A stretch of DNA of 64,000 bases from Octopus vulgaris. Taxonomy: Eukaryota. Within the stretch, counting starts at the first letter, position 1, and each line of letters begins with the position of its first letter. The notes below the pieces were generated by a model that made no database searches, was not told the DNA's origin, and saw nothing but the letters and a program-made list of their open reading frames with translations. Positions 1 to 13,495 of the stretch are shown piece by piece. The position numbers were made by a program, and so were the translations under genes. Where the stretch lies: contig OX597832.1 of assembly GCA_951406725.2 (NCBI GenBank), positions 12,214,001 to 12,278,000 on the forward strand, given 5' to 3'.

Positions 1-493
1 ATTAAATAATAGACGAATAACCGTAAATAACAGAATCCATAATTTCAGAGTGTCTTGAGTTTTGGAGAGCAAGGAAGCAGACAAAAGCATTAAAATATCC
101 CGGAAATCAACAGAGCACATAATACAAGAAACCTAATGAAGCATACAAACACAATACAAGACTGGACCCCAAACGGCATAGCTGTACGGACATCGTTAAT
201 ATCGACGCGTACATGATTGTGCATAATATTAGCATTTCGGTATTGAAAATAGAAACAAAAATAATCATAATACTAAACCTATTATATAGTATAAATAACT
301 GAATTAATTTTTAGATTCAGATTACGACTAAAATGGCAGAATTAGAGCGTCACAAAAACACGTTGTCTTTTATTATACCAGCTGCAATAGAATATATAAT
401 CAATCGAATAAATACATCGATAATATTGACGAGCATCCTACTTTCAGAACAGCTTGACTTCAGCTTAAGTAAGAACTTACTGTGTTCTATCGC

Positions 494-690
494 TAAAGCT
501 GTGTGCTGGCAAAACGTTTAGATATTTGCGATATTTACTTCAGCTCCTTTACGATCTATGTTCAAATCCAGTCGAGATTTACTTTTCCACTCATTTCTCT
601 GGGGTCGCTTAATCATTGTACTGTCAGGTAATAGTTGACACAAGTGATAAAAACCGGAGTCCTTGAAAGTTACTGAACTATTGCCTAAAT
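494..690 (+). mobile_element. Degenerate SINE family A copy
   Basis: gctggcaaaacgtt...tgttcaaatccagtcgag...tcatttctctggggtcg resembles the clean copy at 28358-28587. Confidence 0.45.
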
Positions 691-744
691 CAGAAAACTA
701 GTAGTGGCTATTATTTCTTTGAGTATTCAGATTTCTACTAGTAG

Positions 745-748
<4 letters not shown>

Positions 749-807
<59 letters not shown>

Positions 808-825
808 TGATGATGATGATGATAA
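749..825. repeat. (AAT)n then (GAT)n microsatellite
   Basis: Seen directly. Confidence 0.95.
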
Positions 826-1249
826 TACTGCTTTTGTTATCATTATCATAATCATGCTAAATTTCCAGGGAATTAACTAAGTTGCAATATTAGAAAAGGA
901 AATGAAACGTGCGATATACATACAACATTTAAAGTCATTTTTGCAATATATAATGAAATATATAATTTAGCAGAGGCAAGGGTAGTGGTGGGAGGCAAAT
1001 GAAATAATTGAGAGAATGAAACTCAATTACATTTAATATTAGAAATTGTAAACACATGATAACTTTTTGCAATGATTAAAAGCTCAAAACGAAAAACAAA
1101 GAAAAAAAAAACCCTATTGGTTTTCATAACAGCTATGTAGCTCTAACATATTGTTATCTTCCAACAATAGAGAGGAAATATGATTGTATTATCATAGTAT
1201 CAAAAATATATAAATCGGAATGAAAAGTGAGTATATAAATGTATGTGAG

Positions 1250-1291
<42 letters not shown>

Positions 1292-1677
1292 TCTGGATTA
1301 ACTTGCTACAAAATGAGTTAAGAATTAATACAATTTCGAAACGGGAGACAGGAATCTTATAGAATGTAATTTTAAGCTTTTCATTGGTTGTATAGTGTAT
1401 AATGAATGGAACGAGAATTACATTTAGAAAGCCACTATTGTGTTTTGCTTTCAATTGCATACAGGAAAATTCCTGAATGCTATGGATATACGTGCTTACA
1501 AAAACATATATAATTACGAACATATAAACACACAAACACACATACACACATATGTGAGTGTGCGTATGTATTTATACACGCGTATATATGCACATATACG
1601 TATACACATACGTACGCACATATACATACAGATATATGAATATATACATATAACATGATATAATATAATATAATATA

Positions 1678-1723
<46 letters not shown>

Positions 1724-2032
1724 GGACTCATTTCTAGACCAGATATACGTCTGAGTATGCATATATTTATACATATATATCAAGATGTGCAATTGTGTAT
1801 ATGAGTTGTTTGATCGAGTGCATAGAATTTTGGTCGCTAAATTTTCAATGTGCGAAACTAGTGTATGCTTGTTCATTAGTCTGAGTATTATATATATATA
1901 TATATATATACAGGTATGTATGTATCTATGTATATACATACGCATTTCTATGTACTTTCCCCAAATAAGCTTATAAATTAAAACATTTTCCATCTTTGTG
2001 TGTGTATCCGTACACACACACACACACACACA

Positions 2033-2071
<39 letters not shown>

Positions 2072-2144
2072 CATATGTGTGTGTATGTATATATGTGTAT
2101 ATATACATAATACATACATATATATATATATATGTATCTATCTA

Positions 2145-2219
<75 letters not shown>

Positions 2220-2516
2220 TATATGTATGTATGTATGCATCAATATGTATAATTCTCTTTCTATCTATGTATCTATCTAACTATGTATATGTATATATGT
2301 AAAATATAGGGTAGTGAGTTTTTTTAGAAATTTCACTACCAGTAGCCTATCATGTATTAAAAGTCAATAGACAATATATTCTCAATATAAAATAGCGTAC
2401 ATTTAAACATAGGAGAAAACAGCCTTCTACAGGCAGTTTTTACACGCTAGAAGGAGTAGTCAAAACGACCAATACCATATTTAATAGCAATCTTCAAAAG
2501 GAACGTAAAATAAAAA

Positions 2517-2587
2517 CTGTTACCTTGGTTTGAAAATGTTTTTAGGAAATAAAATAATTTCCTCGGCGAATTTCTCATCAGTAACCG
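2517..2587 (-). ncRNA. Degenerate hammerhead ribozyme (left arm)
   Basis: Minus strand reads ggtta CTGATGA gaaattcgcc gaggaaa..tttccta ..CAAA ccaagg ta; GAAA is mutated to CAAA and stem I is eroded. Confidence 0.6.
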
Positions 2588-2627
2588 AACCATAATACTC
2601 ACATGCAATTAGGAGACAAATATGGCG

Positions 2628-2699
2628 CGGTCACTGATGAGAAATTCGCCTAGCAAATTATTTTCTTTGCTAAAAAATGTTGAAACCTAGGTCTGACCG
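2628..2699 (+). ncRNA. Type I hammerhead ribozyme, intact core
   Basis: Stem I cggtca/tgaccg; CTGATGA at 2634-2640; stem II includes tagcaaa/tttgcta; GAAA at 2682-2685; palindromic stem III cctagg; GUC cleavage triplet at 2691-2693. Confidence 0.8.
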
Positions 2700-3216
2700 G
2701 AAAAAATAACGAACTAAAAGATTTTATTTTTCATTCCTTTTGAAGATTTCTCTCAAATGTGGTTTTGGCCATTTTAACTATTTCTTCTAGCGTGTAAAAA
2801 CTGCCTGTGAAAGGCAGTTTTCTCTTGTGTTTAAATGTATACTATATACGTGTGTGTGTGTGTGTGTGTATACATATATGTATATATATATATGTGTATG
2901 CATATATAAATATATACATACATATACTCCTACATACACACATATATGCATATATACATACATAACAGATATATGTCTATGTAGAATCATACATGAATGT
3001 CGCTGCATATCTACACGTGTAATCGTATAGAATCGTATAGATATGTATATATACGTATAGATATAAATCTTTAGTTATTCGTTTAACACGAGATACAAAA
3101 CTGAATGTCTTTAGCATATATTATGCTAAAATTATTTTACATTTCACTCAAATATCGCATTTCTATATCTATCCCTTGGGAATATATTAATATATGCAGC
3201 AACTATATTAATATGA

Positions 3217-3262
3217 AAGGCGGTGCTCCAGCATGGCCGCAGTCAAATGACTGAAACAAATA
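3217..3262 (+). mobile_element. SINE family B 3' tail fragment
   Basis: aaggcggtgctccagcatggccgcagtcaaatgactgaaacaaa matches the tail of full copies (61408-61865, 63561-63886). Confidence 0.8.
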
Positions 3263-3329
3263 ATAGAGTAATAATAGAGTAATACTAATATTAGTATAAC
3301 CCTTATTTCCTTCGATTATCTACAAAAAT

Positions 3330-3800
3330 GCGTTTATCTGTCGGAACTAAGATCACAAGTCAGACATCATAAGTGAATGCTGGCTTGTGTCTTAAGCACA
3401 GACATTGTTTAAATTGAGTTGCCCACACACTCTCTCATCTGTTACCATCGTTAATCGAGGAGCGTTTCCAGTTCTATGCGATTAATAATAGAGACATCTG
3501 TTGTGGATGATCAAGAAGTCTTTCCTACCTTATCTTGCTCCCTGCACTCCATTATGCGTTGGGCATCGGCCTTACTGTTGAATGACGATGCTTTCTTCTG
3601 CATCTTTCACCGGTTCCAGTTCTCACATGCATTAGTAGGGAGGTCTTAACGCACGTATATAGGCATTGTCTTCACGCACGTATATAGGCATTGTCTTCAC
3701 GCACAAAGACGTATATAGCCATTACATTGTTTATCCACCCAGTCGAAATAGTTCAGCAGAATATGGCCGCCGTTAAATGCAAGCAGCTACGTGGAGGTAT
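3330..3800 (-). pseudogene. Highly decayed mariner-type transposase remnant
   Basis: Broken minus-strand pieces resembling TAAIFC..DWVDKQ, IVIQQ, RLLDHPQ and ETLLD*RW occur in the order of mariner motifs (TAEVYCQQLDR, ILQHDNARPH, EVLPHPP, KLPERW). Confidence 0.35.
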
Positions 3801-4169
3801 ACGCGAAAGTTATCTGTCAGATGGACACCAAATGACACGTATCACAACTTATGCGCTTATTGCAGCTGACCAATACAAGTAGAATGAATGGGAATGCCTC
3901 TTCACAAATCTTGCCCCGATAATGATAATCATTCTACAGGTTGTTTAGCAAACCAACATTCTACACCAGCTCTATTGAACTTGCGTCAAATGGCCACTGG
4001 CGATAACGAAAAGTTGTCTGGGTCAGGTAAATGGTTCTTTTTATCTGACCCTGCACACAAGCAACCATTGAATTATAGTCACTTTTCACATTGACCGAAA
4101 AGAACAGAACGACGTGCAGCTGTCATGCTACTGCAGCATTCCTCAAAACCGCGTGACTGTCTACATATG

Positions 4170-4237
<68 letters not shown>

Positions 4238-4284
4238 CCTATCTATGCAAATATGTATGTATATAATATATATTTATTTTTATT

Positions 4285-4348
<64 letters not shown>

Positions 4349-5373
4349 GAATGAGAGAGGGAAAGAGATAGATAGATAGATATACTGTATGAATATATAT
4401 ATGTATACACATATGTGTGCATGTGTGTGCATGTGCGCATATGTATGTATCTGTGTATGTGTGTGTTTGTGTAACTATGAATTCGTTTATGTATATTTGA
4501 AAGCATGAAGGTATCTAGCAGTAAATTGATATTAATAACATCATCAATATACACCCTGTTGGTTTGTAGAAACGGTGATGAATTCTTTAATGTGTAATAA
4601 TATATTGAGAGCTAAACATTTCGGCGCATTATATCTGATCACCACTTTCACAGGAACTATCTTTAGTAATCTTATTACTTATAAAACATCCATCAAACAG
4701 CAGCGATGTTGTTTAACATGAATCTATCTCCATGTTTTAGTGTATTTAATTCTAGTATTAGTACGCGTCCTTCGTTGGATCATGCCTCTCCTATTACTAA
4801 TCAGATATAGTTAATGTTGAATTTAAACTTCATATCTCTTATACATATGGGAATAGAATACGCGCGGTGGGATTTTAAATCTGTTTTTCAGGTGAGAAAT
4901 AATTGTCAGAATGCAGAATGTGTATGTGTGCGAAATAGAAAAGTGGGGAAGCGATACAGCAGAGACATTAAATGGTGGGGCTTAATATCGGATGAATGGA
5001 ATTCGAGAAGCGTATACCTTCCTTGTTCGTAGAAGCAGATAATTTGTGCTGTGCAGGAAGCCAAGAGAAGTGAAACAGTACATGTATGAGGAATTAGTTA
5101 TAAGATACGTCAATAAGACGAACGTGAGTTCCTGAAATTTGAGCAAGTTTATTTTTTTGTGCGTGTGTGTGTGTGTGTGTGTATGTAACAATTTAGAATT
5201 TCGCTAATATATATTTTAGTTTTTGCCTGCCCGTGTGTATAATTAACGCAGGCGCACTCAAAGGGAATCACACACAGAAACACACATATTATATTTATAC
5301 ATCTTTCATAATTTACTTACATCTTTACAAATATATTATGTTACATTCATATCTCTGTTTAAAGGTATGTCAG

Positions 5374-5568
<195 letters not shown>

Positions 5569-5768
5569 TATATATATATAAACATATATAAATATATATA
5601 TTATTTAACATATACATGGTCACACAAGACCCGCATTAGATTCGTCATACGTATCATTATCGAGCCAGGAATCTAACTTCGGTCCTCCCGTAGCACTTAC
5701 ATAAGCCTTACCTACCATGTTGGGTCTCTCATATTTATGTATGTATAATAATATATAATTATACATAC

Positions 5769-5842
<74 letters not shown>

Positions 5843-6372
5843 TTAGAGAGATGCATATGTATCTAGATGCACGTCTATATGTGTATATGCGAGTCTGTGT
5901 GTGTCTGAGCCTGCTTTTGTGTGCGTGTTTATGTATACATGCCTGTAAGTACGAATGCAAATATATTAATCTGTATCATTTCCAGCCACATAGCAACGTG
6001 CTGATGATAACCGTAAGATAAAATTTATCTGCAAGTGGAATCACGATGTGGGAAAGAGAAGACAACTCGTCGCTAATTTAATCTGATGGTGCAGAAGAGT
6101 ACAACGAAAAAGACAATTAGGTTGAGCGAATACAGTGATAATTGCTTTATGGTTGACCAAGCTAATTTCTGATATCAGCATTTGCTGAGACTTATTCTAA
6201 CACATACAGATTCTGTTCGTTCGTCTTGCGTACCGCAGAATTATATCAGAGAAGCATAGACACAGATTGCTTCATAGAGATAAACAGCGTTGCGAAAATA
6301 ACACAAGCAGATAAACACTAAGAATTAGGCATACAGCATACACTTAGATGTATACATACATATAAGCATAAA

Positions 6373-6429
<57 letters not shown>

Positions 6430-6544
6430 ATGTATTTAGGTATATATATATATATGTATATATATATGTGTGTGTGTGTGTATTTATGTATATATATATG
6501 TGTGTGTGTGTATGTATCTATGTATATATATACATATATGTATG

Positions 6545-6668
<124 letters not shown>

Positions 6669-7156
6669 AGATGAAACAGACACACAGACAGAAGTACACA
6701 CGTCTACTACCCCATGAGAAGTCATTGTCTACGTGTAAAAGATAACGCTAACTATTAATTTGCCTCACCGCATGAAGATAGATAGATAAACCGAGAGAGC
6801 GGCGGAGATACACATCACGCAGATATACGTGTTTCTGCGTGTGTTTCCTTTTGTGTGTGTGTGTGCCTTCGTATATGTACACGCACAACCGCACACATAT
6901 AAACACACATATACACAGACGCGCAAACACGTACAATTATAAATATGTTTAGCGGCCTAATGCTAAAACACTAAATGAAAACATACACTGAGATTTAATA
7001 TATAAGCTGCTAAATTTTAGCAAATGCCCGTTATCCAAATAATTCATAGCAAAAAATAAATAAAAATTTTACTAATGCAACGTGGTCTACGAGAATATTT
7101 TTTCATTTTCTCATTCTCTTGCCCCGCTCCTCTTTAATTCCCTCTGTCTATCAGTT

Positions 7157-7230
<74 letters not shown>

Positions 7231-7286
7231 TTCATTTCTTTCTTTCGTTCTTTTTTCTCTTATTCTGACATCTTGCCTACTTTCAT

Positions 7287-7327
<41 letters not shown>

Positions 7328-7407
7328 CGTTTGTTTCTGCAACTGTTTCCCTGTTTGTCTGTAATATTTGACTGCGCCACTGACTGGTCCACCCGCTTCT
7401 CTACAAG

Positions 7408-7445
<38 letters not shown>

Positions 7446-7449
7446 CATA

Positions 7450-7560
7450 ATAAAATAGGGTAATAAAAAATAAATTATTATTAACAGTAGCCTAGCACAA
7501 AAGACGAATTAGTCATTAGACTATATATTATCCATATAGCACAACGCTTCCTTATTCGGA
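7450..7560 (-). mobile_element. 3' end related to the repeat end at 2303-2390 (possible PLE terminus)
   Basis: aaaatagggtaat...cagtagcctagca resembles aaatatagggtagt...cagtagcctatca at 2303-2352. Confidence 0.4.
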
Positions 7561-7568
7561 AGCCTTGT

Positions 7569-7617
<49 letters not shown>

Positions 7618-7873
7618 TGATCAAAACAGTTTGAGTTAAAGCCAACTTTTCTCTTGAGTTGCAAGTGTGATGCTATTCGTCGCCCATTTTGAATTTGAAT
7701 AACAGAAGATAACTGTTATTACCGTAAAGAAAGCAGCAATTGGTCGACTAGCATCACGCCTGAAACTGAAGAGTACCAAAGATTTTGAATTATGGTGTCT
7801 TTATCCATGCCTGTAACTCCCAGTAAATTGGCTGAATGACTTACTTTCATTAGTCCACTCATGTGTTTATATA

Positions 7874-7913
<40 letters not shown>

Positions 7914-7969
7914 TATAATATAATAGAATAGAATATATATATATATATATATATCTTTCTCTCTTTCTA

Positions 7970-8165
7970 TTTTACTTGTTTCAGTCATTTGACTGTGGCC
8001 ATGCTAGAGCACCGCCTTTAATCGAGCAACTCGACCCTGGGACTTATTCTTTGTAAGCCCAGTACTTATTCTATCGGTCTCTTTTGCCAATGTGACGGGG
8101 ACATAAACACACCAGCATCTGTTGTCAAGCGATGTTGGGTGGGACAAACACAGACACACAAACAT
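7970..8165 (-). mobile_element. SINE family B, 3' half
   Basis: ttttacttgtttcagtcatttgactgtggccatgc...gacaaacacagacac is closely similar to 61408-61610. Confidence 0.85.
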
Positions 8166-8168
8166 ACA

Positions 8169-8216
<48 letters not shown>

Positions 8217-8679
8217 AATAAACATTTATATATAAAGAAACAACAAGAACGTGAAATACACAGAAAAAAGACAGGTCATTCGAAGCCTTTAATCTTCAGT
8301 CAGAAACCGGATCATCATAGCAAATTTCAGCTAATCAATTCTGATATTTGTTCCAACGCGACCAGCCCCAAGGAAAAACTAAGCTGTGAGCATTAATATT
8401 TCTTGGAAAAAGGAACGAATGTAAACGCAACAGAGATGAATATAAATTCTTCATTCGCCTCAGTCTAATACATACATAAATATATATGTGTATATATATA
8501 TACATTGCCTCAGTGATTCTTTATGAATTTATAGAACTTAATGATCATTCTATGGTGTGTATCAAACAGTCATGTGATGAGGATTGAGATTACGACCTGC
8601 TTGTGGGCGTTCAATCAGAAAACATTTCATCGTCTTTTAATTACGGTAACGATGGTCGAGAGCCATCAATCTCTCGCTA

Positions 8680-8687
8680 CTACAACA

Positions 8688-8758
<71 letters not shown>

Positions 8759-8825
8759 AAATGATAATAATAGTGATGTTGATGATGTTTATAATAACAA
8801 AAATAATAATTACAAGTATAACAGC

Positions 8826-8869
<44 letters not shown>

Positions 8870-8880
8870 TAACAATAATA
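8680..8880. repeat. (ACT)n and (AAT)n microsatellites
   Basis: Seen directly. Confidence 0.95.
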
Positions 8881-9560
8881 AAGAGAGTATTTTTTAAAAG
8901 TAATGACTTTCTGGCATATTTAATGATATGATTCGTGATACACATAAAATGAGAGCTTCAGAAACGAAAGATATATCTGTTTTTTTCTTTGTGTTGTTTC
9001 ATTATGTACTAAATTTACTCTCTTTTTAATTATATGAACTTATTTATAATATTATTATTATTATTATTTTAGTAGCAGTAGTTGTTGTAGATGTTGTAGT
9101 TGATGTTGTTTTGTTCTTGTTGCTATTGTTGTTATTGTTGTTGTTATTGAAATTCATAGGCGTTTATTTAACTGCGCAATAAAACGGATATTTTAAGCTA
9201 TTTCATATTTTTGACAGTAGCATTATGAGAAACAATTTTTTTTTTATAATTAAAGAAATAAAAATAAAACTTCAAAACCAAAAACGCTTAGATAAAAATC
9301 GCGAGTAATGTATTTTGACCGTTGTATGTTGCCATAAATCCGATAGTAAAATTACCGTTACATGTTTACCAGACTGTTATAACAAATATCAAATGATATT
9401 TGTTTCATGGTAAATATATTTTAAAATCCAGCAAAACAACGAATGAAATTAACAGGAAAAAAATCGATATTTCTTTGAATAAAACGATAGATTATAATGA
9501 AATAAACTTACGTACACACTTATACAATTGTGTTAGCATACATACATAAATATATATATC

Positions 9561-9603
<43 letters not shown>

Positions 9604-9771
9604 CCTTTTCAAAACTAGATCAGATATAAATGAAAAACATATCTCATATTAAACTCATTAAATATCACATTAATACATCAATCGAATTTATTGTGCATAC
9701 ACACATACATAAATACTTACATATATATATATATTCATACATACATACAGAGACATACATACATACATACA

Positions 9772-9807
<36 letters not shown>

Positions 9808-10552
9808 TATTTCCATACATATATTTATAAGTATGCGTAGTTATGTTCATGTATATGTGCGTATAAAATTATGCAGAGACACACAGACATTTATACATAT
9901 ATAGGGCTTTTGATTTACCGAGCGATTGCTTTGTCGACCGAAGCGTTTTATAATTATCATTATAGCCAATTCTAAATTCGTTGCTGTTGACAGAATGTAA
10001 GATACAAAACTCATTTTATAAAACTTGTTCTAATTGAGCCTCTCCACCCAAGCCTTTGTTCTGTCATTTGTTAGCATATTGATTGTTATATATAAAATTA
10101 TAAGGGATAGCTATAGCAATTAATATGTATGTATGTATATATATATATATATATATGGTACAGATTAAGAAAATTGGAGCACGTGAATCGCATGTCTACT
10201 CACTTACTTTATCCATCACATTCTTCTATATTTCCTATAAATTATGAAGTCCTCGTTATCAAACTTTCATCTGAAATAGGTACACACGAAACGTAAACTT
10301 ACTTCCAAATTCTATGACCTGGTAAGCTGGTAATTAACTTGAAAATTATTTTGACATTCGGATAACCATGAAGAAATGGAAAACACCATCGACTTGATGG
10401 AACACATTCTCAAAGTATATTGGAGTATCGATGTTGCTTTATAAGTTGTCTCCAACCAGTTCTAGAGTTTGTCTCCATGAACAAAAGCTTTCATTTTAAA
10501 ACTACGATGACTGCCCTTCAGTTATATTTATTCTTATTCTGTTCTTCTCTAG

Positions 10553-10747
10553 GGACAAGGCCCGAAATTTTGGGTGAGGGGGACCTGTCAGTTCGATCTG
10601 GCTCCAACTGGTACTTAATTTATCAACCATGAAAGGATGAAAGGCGAAATTGACCTTGGCAGTATTTGATCTCAGAACGTAAAGGAAGACGATATACCGC
10701 TAAGCATTTCGACCAGCCTACTAACGTTTCTGCCAGCTCGCCGCCTT
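10553..10747 (-). mobile_element. SINE family A
   Basis: Minus-strand head ggcggcgagctggcagaaacgttag and central cctttcatcctttc..gataaattaagtacc. Confidence 0.85.
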
Positions 10748-10862
10748 TATTCTTGTTATATAAATTGTAATGTATGTCAGGGTACGACTTAAAGAACCAT
10801 TTGCAATAGCTAAAAGGCCTAGCAAAGGATAAGACACTCCCTATCTTGCTTGGTTTAGGATC

Positions 10863-11145
10863 ATGTTTATGTGGAACTCGTCGGAATTTGAACGACGAAG
10901 AAACAGACGAAATAACTATTTCTTTAGTACCCACAAGGGGCTAAACACAGAGAGGACAAACAAGGACAAATAAACGGATTAAGTCGATTATATCGACCCC
11001 AGTGCGTAACTCGTACTTATTTAATCGACCACGAAAGGATGAAAGGCAAAGTCGATCTCGGCGGAATTTGAACTGAGAACGTAACAGCAGACGAAATGCG
11101 GCTAGGCATTCCACCCGGCGTGCTAACGTTTCTGCCAGATCGCGG
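10863..11145 (-). mobile_element. SINE family A with a partial tandem second unit
   Basis: Near-full unit at 10916-11145 followed by a headless partial unit; junction gacgaaata|actatttcttt. Confidence 0.85.
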
Positions 11146-11325
11146 TCTTTCTGAACTCTCAATAATGGTGCAAGAATTTCGTTGTGAATAATCAAATCGC
11201 ATCAAGGAAATTCATCTGCGTCGGTAATTGTCTCTCATGTTATACATACACACTGTACTTACCGATGTAGTATTCTGCTTGTTTGTGTGCTTGTCTAATA
11301 TTCAATCTATCTACTTATCTATCTT

Positions 11326-11377
<52 letters not shown>

Positions 11378-11532
11378 CATATTCCTCTCTGTCACTGAAT
11401 CGATAGAATCTATAGACATACGTACATACAGATGCACACAATTATATATACTGCCATATTAATGCCTGTGTGTGTGTGTGGTGAGTGTGGTCTCTGTATG
11501 TATATGTGTATATGTGTGTGTGTATATGCGTG

Positions 11533-11564
<32 letters not shown>

Positions 11565-12306
11565 CACATATATATGTTTGTGTGTGTTTGTAAGTGCGTG
11601 TATGTGTAATAATCTTCAACCACAAGTATATCTTCAAAATAAATTTTAAACACATGAAAACTGACAGCCATCCTACCATCCTATGTCTGTAGGCAGCAGA
11701 GCATTGTCTGTTCATGGTTAATCTTGAAGCATTGAGCGAACATGGACTGTGACAGACATTAAGAAGAATCAGATGGATAGTATCTGTTGTAAGAACGTCT
11801 CCATGTCTGGCAAAAACAGAGTGTGTTTCAGAATAAATACACATTTTAAAAACGTGTCCAGAATTTCTAAAATTTAATTCGGGACAAAGAACAAAGAACA
11901 CAATTATTGACACACACTTGGTTTTTTTTTTTACTAAAGTCATGCTTATATAGCCTTACATGGACTCGCGCACACGCACACATACATACACACATGCACA
12001 CATATACACACACGCTGATATACTCATACTCAAACACACACGCGGACGCATTTTATATTCTCTTTGTTTCATATATACATATGCATACACATACTTGCAT
12101 ACATATATACATACATGCATACATAAATACATACCTACATATGTATATATCAGTATGTATTGTATGTGTGTATGTACATGTATTCGTATGTGAATTTGAA
12201 TTTATGCATATATACAGTAAATACATGCAAAATAATTTTAGCATGTGGGTTTATAAGCAAAATTGTCATGCATAGATCAATTCAATAGACCTATTTATCA
12301 TATACA

Positions 12307-12355
<49 letters not shown>

Positions 12356-12406
12356 GCATATATATATGTATATTATATATATACATACATATATATATAC
12401 ATATAT

Positions 12407-12443
<37 letters not shown>

Positions 12444-12450
<7 letters not shown>

Positions 12451-12530
12451 CGGATTTTCAGGTCCCCTGTAGGGGCAATTGTGGCGGTTAATTGAACGAT
12501 TTTATTTGAATGTGGCCTCATCACTTCACA
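12444..12530 (-). pseudogene. Short maT/DD37D-type Tc1/mariner transposase fragment
   Basis: Minus strand reads [25 protein letters not shown], like the FSDEAHFHLNGxVNRHNCRYWxxENPH motif. Confidence 0.65.
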
Positions 12531-12534
12531 CAGG

Positions 12535-12954
12535 TTGAAAAAATGTAGCAGGTTGAAAAAATGTAATTGTAGGGTCTCATCAGAATGTCCTATTAGCGGA
12601 AATTGTCGCCAGGAAAATGTAGTTTATAAATGTAGTGTTGAGGCTCAAGGAGGCCAGAGAAAAATATACATTGGAAGCACAGTACCCTTTAAACAGAGGT
12701 ATCGATCCCACCTGAGCTCTTCCAACAATCCTAAATATAGGACTTCTACAACATTGGCATTAGATGTTAATGACCTTAAGGAAAGGAATGTTGAATTTAA
12801 AATATCATGGGCTATCCTTGCGCATCACTCCCCTTATAGAATTGGGTCCACTAGATGCGGTTTATGCATAAGGGAGGCATATACTATATTTAAAAATTAC
12901 AACAACGCAGTGTTAAATAAGTTCACTGATGCAATACCGGCGTGTACGCATTAG
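12535..12954 (+). pseudogene. Penelope-like GIY-YIG endonuclease domain, N-terminally truncated
   Basis: CNCRxxxECPISGNC..VVYKC..IYIGST..FKQRYRSH..CGLCIRE..LNK..CTH motifs typical of PLE endonucleases with a Cys-rich linker; no true ATG and no RT domain. Confidence 0.88.
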
Positions 12955-13388
12955 ATCCACTCGACGTTCCATAGGAAATTTAGAAATAGCAATAAAAGTT
13001 AGAGCTAAGCAATAACAATTGAGTTAAGTTTAGTAAGTATAGTGAGTGTTAAACGAGATAAAAATAGAATTATGTAATTATAAAAAAATAGCTGTTAGTC
13101 GAGGACTCGAACCTGAATATGTGGCTTTGTATGTATGGGAGAATTTATAAAATTGAAATGAAATAAAATAAAATAAAATAAAATAAAATAAATTAAATTA
13201 ACTGCTGAAGTGAAATGGTCCAGGTGGCGCTGTGTGCCTACAATTTACTATGGCGGCTGGATAGAGTTGCATGCGTATAAAGTTCCATTCAGGATCGACG
13301 AAAACATTTCCGGGAGTACGTAAATGCCGTGTTCTGAGAATGGCCGGTATGTGATTGTGTATTTGTTCATGTATTATATGTGTTGTAT

Positions 13389-13495
13389 AGGATATCCTAA
13401 TGAGGGGAGTGCCAATTGTAAGTACTATTTTAAGTACTTATATGTCTAATATTAATTGGCACATCCCCGAAATGGTCCGTAGATGGATTTCTGTA
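13389..13495 (+). ncRNA. PLE-associated type I hammerhead with long stem II; core mutated (CUAAUGA)
   Basis: CTAATGA at 13397-13403; stem II gggga/tcccc, gtgccaatt/aattggcac and taagtact/agtactta; GAAA at 13469-13472; short stem III tggtccg; GUA at 13479-13481; stem I atc/gat. Confidence 0.72.

Larger units (their letters stand above)
2303..2846. mobile_element. Head-to-head inverted pair of Penelope-like terminal repeats (pLTR-type), each with a hammerhead motif
   Basis: About 2391-2590 is a diverged reverse complement of about 2625-2846 (e.g. acaggcagtttttacacgctagaag / cttctagcgtgtaaaaactgcctgt); both arms carry CTGATGA with hammerhead spacing. Confidence 0.75.

Noticed and set aside
5996-6050. 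CTGATGA with a possible cgtg/cacg stem I
   Set aside because: No GAAA or stem III at a workable position.
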